This document shows positions 1 through 8,250 of a stretch of 64,000 nucleotides of DNA, piece by piece (the first letter of the stretch is position 1; every line of letters starts with the position of its first letter). Made by a program: the position numbers and the translations under genes. The DNA lies in assembly GCA_018712245.1 (NCBI GenBank), contig DVHE01000056.1, positions 16,980 through 80,979 of the forward strand. The letters run 5' to 3'. Origin of the DNA: Candidatus Avoscillospira avicola. Its GTDB lineage: Bacteria; Bacillota; Clostridia; Oscillospirales; Oscillospiraceae. The notes under the pieces were generated by a model that was not told where the DNA came from, did no database searches, and saw only the letters and a program-made list of their open reading frames with translations.

Positions 1-397
1 GCCCCTGGGCCTCGGTATAGGTGACAAAATCGGCAAAACACTGGCTTTCATACTCCGTCACCGGGCACCAGACCGCGTCGGCTTCGAAGGCGGCCAGCAC
101 GCCGGCCAGGCCTCCCACGTGATCCTCGTGGGCGTGGGTATTGACGACGTAGGAGAGTTCCTCCACGCCCTGGTGCTGCAAGTAAGAGACGACCGTTTGA
201 GAATCGGCCACATTGCCGCCGTCGATGAGCATTGCTTCCCCGTCACACTGTAAAAGGATGCTGTCGGCCTGCCCTACGTCGATATAGTGGACCGTCAAGC
301 CTGCGCCGCTGACGCTGCCGCTTTGCGTCTTCTCAGGCAGCTCGCAGCCGGTGAGCAGCAGTGCCAAAAGGACGAATAGCACCGCCAATCGCTTCAT
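1..397 (-). CDS. MBL-fold metallo-hydrolase lipoprotein (ComEC C-terminal-domain-like), 3' end cut by window edge
   Basis: Own translation from ATG at 397: MKRLAVLFVLLALLLTGCELPEK (lipobox LLTGC), then NTHAHEDHVGG (HxHxDH zinc motif). Frame stays open to position 1. Not in the ORF track because there is no stop in the window. Confidence 0.75.
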   Translation of the reverse strand, partial: MKRLAVLFVLLALLLTGCELPEKTQSGSVSGAGLTVHYIDVGQADSILLQCDGEAMLIDGGNVADSQTVVSYLQHQGVEELSYVVNTHAHEDHVGGLAGVLAAFEADAVWCPVTEYESQCFADFVTYTEAQG

Positions 398-536
398 GCA
401 AATCACTCCTGTTCCGTTCATATCCGAATATTTGTTCTATGATACCACAGACAGCGCTGCTTTTCCAGAGGGGCGCGGCGATTGTGTTGCGGACGCCGGT
501 GTGATAAAATAGAAAAAAACGACCTGGGAGGCCGCC

Positions 537-1232
537 ATGGAACAGCTGACGATGAAAGTGATCGCCCATATTGAAAACGACTATACCGCCAAATTTGCCA
601 TCCCCCGGCAGAGCGGCTTGGTGGAGGGCGTGGTGTCCACCATTGTCTTTGAGCCGGGATACCGCAAGGAAAACGCCTTCCGGGGGCTGGAGGGCTATTC
701 CCACCTGTGGCTGCTCTGGATTTTTTCCAAGGCCATTCGGGAAGGCTGGTCTCCCACGGTGCTTCCGCCACGGTTGGGCGGCAAGACCCGCATGGGCGTC
801 TTTGCTACCCGCTCTCCCTTCCGGCCCAATCCTGTGGGACTTTCGTCGGTGCGGCTTTTGGGGGTGGACCTCCGCACGGCGCGGGGGCCGGTGCTGCGGG
901 TGGCCGGCGCCGATTTGATGGACGGCACGCCCATTGTGGACATCAAGCCGTATCTCGCCTATACAGACAGTCATCCCGATGCCCTGGGCGGCTTTTCCGA
1001 CCCGGTCCGGGATTACCGGCTGGAGGTGGTCTTCCCTCCTGCCCTGCTTCAGCAGGTGCCGGAGCGGCTCCGTCAGAGCGTGCTGGAGATTTTGGCGCAA
1101 GACCCGCGGCCCTCTTATCAGCATGACCCGGAGCGGGTGTACGGCGCGGCCTTCGGCGGCTGGGACTTCCGGTTTCAAGTGCGGGACGGGGTGCTGACCG
1201 TGGTGGAGGTGGAAAAACTCCGGCAGGACTGA
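537..1232 (+). CDS. trmO: tRNA (N6-threonylcarbamoyladenosine(37)-N6)-methyltransferase TrmO (TsaA/YaeB family)
   Basis: 231-aa ORF with family-typical stretches: FAIPRQSG, GYSHLWLLWIF, RSPFRPNPVGLS, DGTPIVDIKPY. The start could instead be the MKVIAH Met at 552. Confidence 0.85.
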   Translation: MEQLTMKVIAHIENDYTAKFAIPRQSGLVEGVVSTIVFEPGYRKENAFRGLEGYSHLWLLWIFSKAIREGWSPTVLPPRLGGKTRMGVFATRSPFRPNPVGLSSVRLLGVDLRTARGPVLRVAGADLMDGTPIVDIKPYLAYTDSHPDALGGFSDPVRDYRLEVVFPPALLQQVPERLRQSVLEILAQDPRPSYQHDPERVYGAAFGGWDFRFQVRDGVLTVVEVEKLRQD

Positions 1233-1301
1233 CACCCGACGAAAAAAGTGCCTGTTGCAGAATCGTTCCATTCTGCGACGGGCACTTTCCTCAAAAGTCG
1301 C

Positions 1302-1421
1302 TCAGAGATCGTCCGCGTCCTGCACCGGGCGCTCTCGGGGGTCCATGGGCTTTCCGGTATAGCTGCCCTGGGGGTCCGTGGGGCTGGGCGGCTCAGGGGT
1401 CAAGGTTTTATTTTTCTTCAT
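1302..1421 (-). CDS. candidate 39-aa small protein (MKKNKTLTPEPPSPTDPQGSYTGKPMDPRERPVQDADDL)
   Basis: Own translation. ATG at 1421 is preceded by GGAGG (1432..1436 on the complement) with about 10 nt spacing. It sits in the gap between the convergent trmO and DUF975 genes and is below the ORF-track size cutoff. Confidence 0.35.
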   Translation of the reverse strand: MKKNKTLTPEPPSPTDPQGSYTGKPMDPRERPVQDADDL

Positions 1422-1473
1422 AAAAAATCGCCTCCGGAGCTAGGATGCCCCGAAGGCGAGAAAGCATACGCAA

Positions 1474-2181
1474 TCAATTGTATTCCGGATTTGGCATTTG
1501 ATCGGCGCGCCCTGTGATTTCCAGATAGAAGGCCGCCCGGGAGGCGGAGACATAGGGTAAGAGCCAGAGCAGCCCAATCCCCAGCGTGAGAATGCTGAGC
1601 AAATACCACCCGATAAAGCTCAGCTCCAGGCAGAAGAGCCGCCCCTTATTGCCCTGCATCAGCCGCTTCGATTCCCGCATGGCGTCCAGCGCGCCCAGAT
1701 CCGGGAACTCCGCCATCAGGTAGGGCATCATGGCGTAGCGATAGATGGCGATGATACCGGGGATGACCAGCAGTAAGCTCCAGAGCCAGACGAAGATGCT
1801 GCGCAGAACCACCATGCAGATTCCCGCCCAGATGCGATGAAACCGGGAGAAGAGGTCTCCGAAGGAGACACGGCGACCCCGGATCAGATTGGTGTGAAAT
1901 GCGGTGTAGCCCATCTCTGTACAGCCGCCGATGACCAGCGTTAAAAGGGACATGACGACGAGTATGGTTGCAAAAATCGTCAGCAGCTCCCGGCTGAGAA
2001 AATAGGACAAGTCCAGCGTGTCGCCGAAGTAGACGGAATAGGTATTCTGCGAGTTGACAGAGACAGAGAGCGCGGGATTGCCGCCAGCCAAAAGAGCGTA
2101 AACAAAGCCCACGGCGATGGTGACGCCCCAATGCCCGCGCAGGGCCGCTCTGGCCCGCCGGCGAAAATCTTTGGCGCACAT
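1474..2181 (-). CDS. DUF975-family integral membrane protein
   Basis: 235-aa ORF. The N-terminus FRRRARAALRGHWGVTIAVGFVYALL and multiple hydrophobic segments are typical of DUF975 proteins (recognition from memory). Confidence 0.7.
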   Translation of the reverse strand: MCAKDFRRRARAALRGHWGVTIAVGFVYALLAGGNPALSVSVNSQNTYSVYFGDTLDLSYFLSRELLTIFATILVVMSLLTLVIGGCTEMGYTAFHTNLIRGRRVSFGDLFSRFHRIWAGICMVVLRSIFVWLWSLLLVIPGIIAIYRYAMMPYLMAEFPDLGALDAMRESKRLMQGNKGRLFCLELSFIGWYLLSILTLGIGLLWLLPYVSASRAAFYLEITGRADQMPNPEYN

Positions 2182-2226
2182 AGAGAATTCTCCTTCCGAT
2201 TTCTTTACAAATATGGGAAAGGGCGG

Positions 2227-2922
2227 CTACTCCCCTTCCGCCATCCGATACCCCACGCCGATCTCCGTAAAGATGTACTGGGGCTCAGCGGGGTTGGCCT
2301 CCAGCTTGCGGCGGATATTGGCCATGTTAACCCGGAGGATTCGATTGTCTCCGGCGGCGTTTGGCCCCCAGACGTGCTGGATGATCTGGTCGTAAGTCAG
2401 GACTTTACCGGCATAGCGGGCCAGCAGGGAGACAATTTTATATTCGTTTTGCGTCAGATGGATATCGCTGCCGGAAAGCTGCACCCGACGCTTTTCCGCA
2501 TCCACCGTCAAGTCCCGGCAGTGGTAGAGGCTTATTTGCTGCCCGCTGGAGCGCTGGGCTGCGTGGCGCAGCGCGGCCCGCACCCGGGCCAGCAGCTCCG
2601 AGGTGCCGAAGGGCTTGGTGATGTAATCGTCTGCGCCGAAGTCCAGCGCCATGACTTTGTCCCGCTCGTGAGACCGGGCGGACACCACCAGAATTGGCAC
2701 CTGGCTCCACCGGCGAACCGCCTGGATAAACATCTGCCCGTCGGTGTCCGGCAGCCCCAGATCCAGAAGCACCAGGTCGGGGCAGCGGGAGGAGAGCAGC
2801 GTCATGGCGTCCTCACCGGTGGTGGCGGTCAGGACCGTGTAATTGTTGGAGGTAAGGATGGTCTTTATAAAGTTGCGGATGTTGCGCTCATCCTCCACCA
2901 CCAGGATATGATAGTCGTTCAT
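2227..2922 (-). CDS. OmpR-family response regulator, KdpE-like
   Basis: Internal Met of ORF 2227..3210: MNDYHILVVEDERNIRNFI...LVLLDLGLPDTDG...DDYITKPF, plus a winged-helix C-terminus (YIFTEIGVGYR). ATG at 2920..2922 checked. Confidence 0.85.
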   Translation of the reverse strand: MNDYHILVVEDERNIRNFIKTILTSNNYTVLTATTGEDAMTLLSSRCPDLVLLDLGLPDTDGQMFIQAVRRWSQVPILVVSARSHERDKVMALDFGADDYITKPFGTSELLARVRAALRHAAQRSSGQQISLYHCRDLTVDAEKRRVQLSGSDIHLTQNEYKIVSLLARYAGKVLTYDQIIQHVWGPNAAGDNRILRVNMANIRRKLEANPAEPQYIFTEIGVGYRMAEGE

Positions 2923-4006
2923 GGGTATCCTCCTCCAAAGGCAGGGTAAAGCGGAACACAGCGCCGCCGGCGGGGGCATTTTCAGCGTCCATGTCGCCGC
3001 CGTGGGCACGGATGATGGTGCGGCAAACTGAGAGCCCGATGCCCATATTCCGTTTCTGGTCGCCATTTGAATCATCGCTGGGCAGATGGGTTTGAAAGAT
3101 CTTGGGGAGCAGCTGCGGGTCGATTCCGGCGCCGTTGTCCCGGACTTCAAACAACGCCAGTCCGCCCTCACGCCTGAGAGAGACATGCACGTGATTTCCG
3201 CCCTGGGCATGGTGGACAGCGTTTTCCATCAGGTTCAGCAGCACCTGCTCAATCAGGATGGCGTCCATGGGAATGAGGAAAAATTCCTGCGGAGCCTCCA
3301 GGGAGAGTTTCCAGCCGGGATACTGTTTGCGAAACTTGGCGGCAGCGGATTCCAAGATTTCCTCCCCTGCTTCCGGTGTTTTATTGACTTTGGCGCCGCC
3401 GTCGTTGTCCATCCGGGTGATCGTCAGGAGATTTTCCACCATGCGGATCAGCCAGCCGGCGTCATGGTGGATATCTTGAAGCAGTGTGCGCCGCTCCTCC
3501 TGGGAAATGGACGCATCATGCTCCAAAAGCGCGGAGGAAGCGCCCAGAATGCCGGTCAGCGGTGTGCGCAGGTCATGGGACACCGCGCGGAGCAGATTGC
3601 TGCGGGTCTTTTCCCGTTCTGCCTCCAGCCGGGCCACCGCGTTTCGCTTGGCCTTGCTGGTCAGCGCGCTGGTCGTGATGGACACAGCCAGCATGGTGAC
3701 GATGGCGATGGGGTAGCCGGCCAAGGTGAAGTTGAAGCGAAAATATGGATAGGTGAACAGGTAGTTGACCAACAAAACGCTGAGAAACGATGAGGCGATC
3801 CCGTAGACATAGCCATCCGTCACAGTGGCGATCAGGAAGACCGCCAGCAGAAAGAGCATGGAGACAAAATTGTTCTGCGGGTCGAAGCCCTGCAGCGCAA
3901 AGGAGAGCGCGGCAAAGGCAAGCAGAATGCCCAGCGACACCAGCATATCCCGGAGGGAAAGCCGCACCGCATATTTCAGCCGAAAGAAAAGGCTTCTCCG
4001 CTTCAT
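2888..4006 (-). CDS. sensor histidine kinase resembling the C-terminal half of KdpD (DUF4118 membrane domain + HisKA + HATPase)
   Basis: Starts at MKRRSLFF (ATG 4004..4006). Has 3-4 hydrophobic helices, H-box AVSHDLRTPLTGI, and N/G boxes NLMENAVHH, VRDNGAGI, GIGLSVC. Overlaps the response regulator start by 35 nt. Confidence 0.85.
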   Translation of the reverse strand: MKRRSLFFRLKYAVRLSLRDMLVSLGILLAFAALSFALQGFDPQNNFVSMLFLLAVFLIATVTDGYVYGIASSFLSVLLVNYLFTYPYFRFNFTLAGYPIAIVTMLAVSITTSALTSKAKRNAVARLEAEREKTRSNLLRAVSHDLRTPLTGILGASSALLEHDASISQEERRTLLQDIHHDAGWLIRMVENLLTITRMDNDGGAKVNKTPEAGEEILESAAAKFRKQYPGWKLSLEAPQEFFLIPMDAILIEQVLLNLMENAVHHAQGGNHVHVSLRREGGLALFEVRDNGAGIDPQLLPKIFQTHLPSDDSNGDQKRNMGIGLSVCRTIIRAHGGDMDAENAPAGGAVFRFTLPLEEDTHERLSYPGGGG

Positions 4007-4201
4007 CCCACTCCCCCTGCCGCATCGCGGAAATTCCGTCAGATCTGCGTCTTTTCGGCCGCCCCGCAAGGGGCGAGAAAAAACTTGGTTTTTGTAGCAT
4101 CGTCGTCGCGGCTATTATACCACAGAACCGGCGCCCGGGAAAGGGAAAATTCACCGCAGAAAGAAATCGCGGCGCATGTTTGACAGACGGTGACTTTGTC
4201 A

Positions 4202-4230
4202 TTGACTGGGACGCGGGAAACGGGTAAACT
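4202..4230 (+). promoter_or_regulatory. putative sigma-A promoter for the MoxR/VWA pair
   Basis: TTGACT (4202..4207), 17-nt spacer, TAAACT (4225..4230), about 30 nt upstream of the AGGAGG RBS and ATG 4260. Confidence 0.4.
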
Positions 4231-4259
4231 GAAGGAAAAGACATTTTATAGGAGGCAAT

Positions 4260-5180
4260 ATGGAACTGGAAACCCTCAGACGGAAGCTGGCTTCCGCCCA
4301 CTATATTCACGATGAAACGCTGCTCACCACCCTGGCGGTGGCGCTGTCCCTGGGGCGTCCGCTGCTGATCGAGGGCGCCGCCGGCGTCGGCAAGACGGAA
4401 ATTGCCAAGGTCATGGCCTCGGCCCTGGACCGGGAGCTGGTGCGCTTGCAGTGCTACGAGGGGCTGGACGAGAGCAAGGCGCTCTACGAGTGGAACTACC
4501 AAAAGCAGCTCTTAGCCATTCAAATTCAAAAGGATCGCCGGGAGGCCGGTGACCTCACCGCTTCCCTCTTCAGCGACGAGTATCTCCTGGAGCGGCCTCT
4601 GCTCAAATCCATCCGCTCGGAGAAGCCGGTGGTGCTGCTGATCGACGAGATTGACAAGGCTGACGAAGAGTTTGAGGCCTTCCTGCTGGAGCTGCTATCA
4701 GAGATGCAGGTGACGATCCCGGAGGTGGGCACCATCCACGCCAGGACTATCCCCTTTGTGGTCCTCACATCCAACCGGGCCCGTCCCCTTTCCGAGGCGC
4801 TGCGGCGCCGCTGCGCCTACGTCTACCTCACCTACCCCGACCTGGAGAAGGAACTGGCCATCCTCCGGGAGAAGCTCCCCCATGTGGATGACCGCCTGGC
4901 GGCACAGGTGGCGGTGGCGGTGCAGAAGCTCCGGTCCAATGAGGCCATTTTGAAAAAGCCCTCCATCGCGGAGACACTGGACTGGGCCAGCGCCCTGGAC
5001 GCCTTGGGCGTGCGCGAGCTGACGCCGGACGCCATGCGCAAGACCGCCGGCTTTGTGCTGAAAAACAGCGAGGATTTGAGCGCCTGGGATGAGGAGGAGC
5101 AGGCGCAAGCCCAGGAACAGACGCAGGAATCCGGCTGCTCCCACTGCGCGGGACACGGTGAGGGGCAAACCCATGGATGA
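4260..5180 (+). CDS. MoxR-family AAA+ ATPase (CoxD-like)
   Basis: Walker A GAAGVGKTE, Walker B VVLLIDEIDKA, and LQCYEGLDESKALYEWNY typical of MoxR/CoxD-type ATPases. Confidence 0.85.
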   Translation: MELETLRRKLASAHYIHDETLLTTLAVALSLGRPLLIEGAAGVGKTEIAKVMASALDRELVRLQCYEGLDESKALYEWNYQKQLLAIQIQKDRREAGDLTASLFSDEYLLERPLLKSIRSEKPVVLLIDEIDKADEEFEAFLLELLSEMQVTIPEVGTIHARTIPFVVLTSNRARPLSEALRRRCAYVYLTYPDLEKELAILREKLPHVDDRLAAQVAVAVQKLRSNEAILKKPSIAETLDWASALDALGVRELTPDAMRKTAGFVLKNSEDLSAWDEEEQAQAQEQTQESGCSHCAGHGEGQTHG

Positions 5181-6447
5181 CCCCACCGTATACCTGGAAA
5201 AGCTCTCCCTCTTTGCCCGGATGCTCCGGCGGGACGGGCTGACGGTGGGCGTGCAGGAGACGGCGGACGCCAGCCAGATTCTCATCTCCCTGGGCTTTTC
5301 GGACCGGGAGCAGGTCAAGACCGCCCTGCAGACTGTGTTTGCCAAGTCCCGGGAGGAGCAGGCCACCTTTGACCGGGTCTTCGACGGCTTTTTCGTCAGC
5401 GAGGAGACCATGCGCCGCCAGGCCCAAGAGCAGATGCAGCGGGAACAAGAGCTGGAGCAGGGCCGCCGGGAGGCGGAAGAAGACCTGCAGATCCGCGGCG
5501 AGCCCATGCACCTGCGGGAGGACCTCAAGGAGGTATACGCCGCCATGCCGGAAGAGGAGCGAGAGCGCCTTCGCCAGCTGATGGACCGCTACAAGGGAAA
5601 TATCGACCGTCACCCCGATCTCTACGGAAACTTCATCCACTCGGTATTCACCCGGGCCCTGCTGGAGCAGCAGATGAAGCTGGAGGACGCCGGCCTCGGC
5701 GTGGAGGAGAGCGACCCGGAGCTGGGCCTTCTCTACCGGGACATTTCGCAGTTCCGGGACGTGGAGATTCCCAGGGCCATCACCCTGATCTCCTCCATCA
5801 CCCGGCAGATCAACGGCGAACTGACGGCCAAGCGCCAGAAGAAGAGCCACTCCGGGAAGCTGGACTTTCGCCGCACCATCCGCCGCGGCCTGGAGACCGG
5901 CGGCAGCCTCTACCGCCTGAGCTTCAAACGAAAGCCGAAGCGGCGCAAGCGGCTGGTGATCCTCTGCGACGTCTCCGGCTCCATGATGCAGTTTTCCGAG
6001 TTTGCCCTGCGGTTCATCCAGGCCATGAACCAGACGGCCGACAGCTCCCGGGTGTTCCTCTTTTCAGAGGAGCTGGTGGAGGCCGACGCCTTTTCCCTGC
6101 AGAATATGGACCTCTTTCGGAATTATGTCCGGGACTCCGGCCTCTATGGCCGCGGCACGGACCTGGGTACCGCCTTGGCCCAGCTGCTGTCCCGCCGCCC
6201 TGCGGTGCTGGGGCCGGCGGCCACGCTGCTGATCCTCTCCGACACCAAGACCATCGACCTGCCCCGGGCGGTACGGAGCGTTCTGGAGGCCAAACGCCAG
6301 GCCGGGCGGGTAGTCTGGATGAACCCAATCCCGGAAAACAAGTGGCCCTACCTCAAGAGCGTGCAGATGGTGAAGGAGCTGTGCCAGATGATCCCGTGCA
6401 GCACGCTCTCCGCGCTGGCCGCTGCCTGCCGGAAGCTGGTCTCTTAG
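5173..6447 (+). CDS. VWA-domain protein, CoxE-like partner of the MoxR ATPase
   Basis: Start MDDPTVYLEKL at ATG 5173 overlaps the upstream stop (ATGGATGA). MIDAS-type motif LCDVSGSM. Acidic and basic linker region. Confidence 0.8.
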   Translation: MDDPTVYLEKLSLFARMLRRDGLTVGVQETADASQILISLGFSDREQVKTALQTVFAKSREEQATFDRVFDGFFVSEETMRRQAQEQMQREQELEQGRREAEEDLQIRGEPMHLREDLKEVYAAMPEEERERLRQLMDRYKGNIDRHPDLYGNFIHSVFTRALLEQQMKLEDAGLGVEESDPELGLLYRDISQFRDVEIPRAITLISSITRQINGELTAKRQKKSHSGKLDFRRTIRRGLETGGSLYRLSFKRKPKRRKRLVILCDVSGSMMQFSEFALRFIQAMNQTADSSRVFLFSEELVEADAFSLQNMDLFRNYVRDSGLYGRGTDLGTALAQLLSRRPAVLGPAATLLILSDTKTIDLPRAVRSVLEAKRQAGRVVWMNPIPENKWPYLKSVQMVKELCQMIPCSTLSALAAACRKLVS

Positions 6448-6902
6448 GGCAGCGCCGGCTTTACCATGACAAAGTTCGTGAGCAAGACGCCTTTCCTGAG
6501 AACTTGCTGCTCTCGAATGACCTGATAGCCGCGCTGCGAAAAAAAGGGCCGGGCCGTGATGGAGGCGTGGGTCTCATAGCGCGGCACGGCAAAATGTGCC
6601 TCCAGGGCATCGCACAATGCAGAGGCGACGCCCCGGCCCTGGTGCAGGTGGTGGACGTAGAGCCGGTCCAGATAGCCGGTCTTGTCCATGTCGCCAAAGC
6701 CGACGATCTCCCCTGCTTCCTCGGCCACCAGAGCAAAATGGGCCAGCAGCGAGGCATTGAAGGCCTGTAAATCCAGCTTCCCGTCTGCCCAGGCGTCCAG
6801 TTGTTGGGGAGAATAGTCCCGGGCATTAACGGTATGAACCGTTTCATAAAAGAGCCGGGCCAGGACCGGGCAGTCCTCCGGGCGGTAAGGTCTCAAAAAC
6901 AC
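6444..6902 (-). CDS. GNAT-family N-acetyltransferase
   Basis: 152 aa. LYVHHLHQGRGVASALCDALE matches the acetyl-CoA binding Q/RxxGxG/A motif. GTG start with AGGAG RBS. Confidence 0.8.
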   Translation of the reverse strand: MFLRPYRPEDCPVLARLFYETVHTVNARDYSPQQLDAWADGKLDLQAFNASLLAHFALVAEEAGEIVGFGDMDKTGYLDRLYVHHLHQGRGVASALCDALEAHFAVPRYETHASITARPFFSQRGYQVIREQQVLRKGVLLTNFVMVKPALP

Positions 6903-7095
6903 AGTGATTCTCCTCTCGGTTATTTATAAGAGCTGCACGCAGTTGACGGGTGCTGATAAGAAAGTTATTATTCCGGGCTGCCTCATGCCCTGTCACTCCC
7001 AAAGCCAGCACCGACAAGGTGGCTGCTTCCCTTGCGCCGCCTGACGGAGATCCTGATTGCCGTCAGTAACTTGAAATGTGGGCAGGTGAAACACA

Positions 7096-7512
7096 TTGAA
7101 AAAGACCATCAGAGAAAGCATTCATGCGCCTTATAGTTTGCACGATATGAACGTGACTGCATTCGAGGTAATAGGCAATACGCTTCGTATGCGAACACAT
7201 TCGGGAATGGTGGCAACAATGCCACCATATGGTCAACCAGACGGCTATGTGGAGTTTCATGAAGTTCAATGGGATTTTAGTTACGTTTATCTTCTTAGTC
7301 ATACCGGGAATGTCGGGACGTTCACGGGAAAGAAAATGTTTTTGATAGATTTTATCGCCGAACATCCTGCCCCCAACTTTTGTGTCATGGACGAGACATA
7401 CGGCTATCATGCAACGAAGTATAGCGGATACATCACAATCGCTGGAGAGTTCCACGAGGGCTTTATCGAGATTTACCATGAGGGCGATATGGTCTTTATT
7501 ACCGAAGAATAG
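7096..7512 (+). CDS. hypothetical protein in an AT-rich islet
   Basis: 138-aa ORF (TTG start; internal ATG alternatives exist). Followed by an intrinsic terminator. No motif I recognise. Composition is clearly AT-richer than the surroundings. Confidence 0.5.
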   Translation: MKKTIRESIHAPYSLHDMNVTAFEVIGNTLRMRTHSGMVATMPPYGQPDGYVEFHEVQWDFSYVYLLSHTGNVGTFTGKKMFLIDFIAEHPAPNFCVMDETYGYHATKYSGYITIAGEFHEGFIEIYHEGDMVFITEE

Positions 7513-7538
7513 AATAAATTTTAATACTAAAAAACGTG

Positions 7539-7580
7539 CCGTTGATCTCCACCTCGTGTGAAAGATCGGCGGTCTTTTTA
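7539..7580 (+). terminator. intrinsic terminator after the orphan gene
   Basis: Stem CCGTTGATCT / AGATCGGCGG (two G-U pairs) followed by TCTTTTTATT. Confidence 0.6.
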
Positions 7581-7610
7581 TTGCCATTTCCCTAAATATC
7601 GGAATAAGCG

Positions 7611-7649
7611 GATGAAACAGGAACGGCAAAACCGAAGGCATGCCGTTCC
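7611..7649 (-). terminator. probable terminator of the dlt-like operon
   Basis: 9-bp stem GGAACGGCA (7620..7628) / TGCCGTTCC (7641..7649). On the minus strand it is followed by UGUUUCAU. Lies 38 nt after the DUF2284 stop. Confidence 0.45.
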
Positions 7650-7686
7650 TGCAAAAAACAATTTTCTTTCTTATGCTACCCTGCTA

Positions 7687-8250
7687 TTACGCGTGCGGCT
7701 CTTTTGCGTCGTTCCAGTCAAAGAGATACATGCCAAAGAAGTTCACAATGCCAGGGCCGCTGTCGTACTCCATGCCACAGTCCTCCGCCAGCTTTTCCAC
7801 ATACACGCAGTACGCCGACATACAGGAAAACTGCTTGTCCGGGAAGCGGCAGGGCTCCCCTGCCGTGATGGCGCATGGGTTACAGAGATTGCAGCCGCTG
7901 GCGCCCACCATGATGCCATGGCTGACCTCCGAAAGCTGGTCGATGAGGCGGCGCACCATGCGGTTGTGCTGCCCCTTGGACGTCTTCAGCGCCGCGCTGT
8001 CCATGGCATCGTCCATTTGCCACATGGTTTGCAGCAGCAGGGCGTAGCGGTGCGACTTGGCCTTTTGCTCCATGTCCGCGGGACTGCCGCAGTCCGGCGG
8101 GCAGGAATAGTTGGCACCGTATTTGCCGCAGGTGTTGTCCTCGCAGCAGATTCGAAAGCCCGGCACGAAGGGAATGTCCTTTGTCTCCACCACGGCGGCG
8201 TTGGCAAAGCCCTGCTCCAGGGCCAGAGAGACCAGTTCCTCACAGTTCAT
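7687..8250 (-). CDS. DUF2284-like Cys-rich predicted metal-binding protein
   Basis: MNCEELVSLALEQGFANAAVV...CCEDNTCGKYGANYSCPPDC...GCNLCNPC. The ATG at 8250 overlaps the stop of the upstream small ORF (ATGAACTGTGA). The ORF track extends to 8265. Confidence 0.65.
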   Translation of the reverse strand: MNCEELVSLALEQGFANAAVVETKDIPFVPGFRICCEDNTCGKYGANYSCPPDCGSPADMEQKAKSHRYALLLQTMWQMDDAMDSAALKTSKGQHNRMVRRLIDQLSEVSHGIMVGASGCNLCNPCAITAGEPCRFPDKQFSCMSAYCVYVEKLAEDCGMEYDSGPGIVNFFGMYLFDWNDAKEPHA

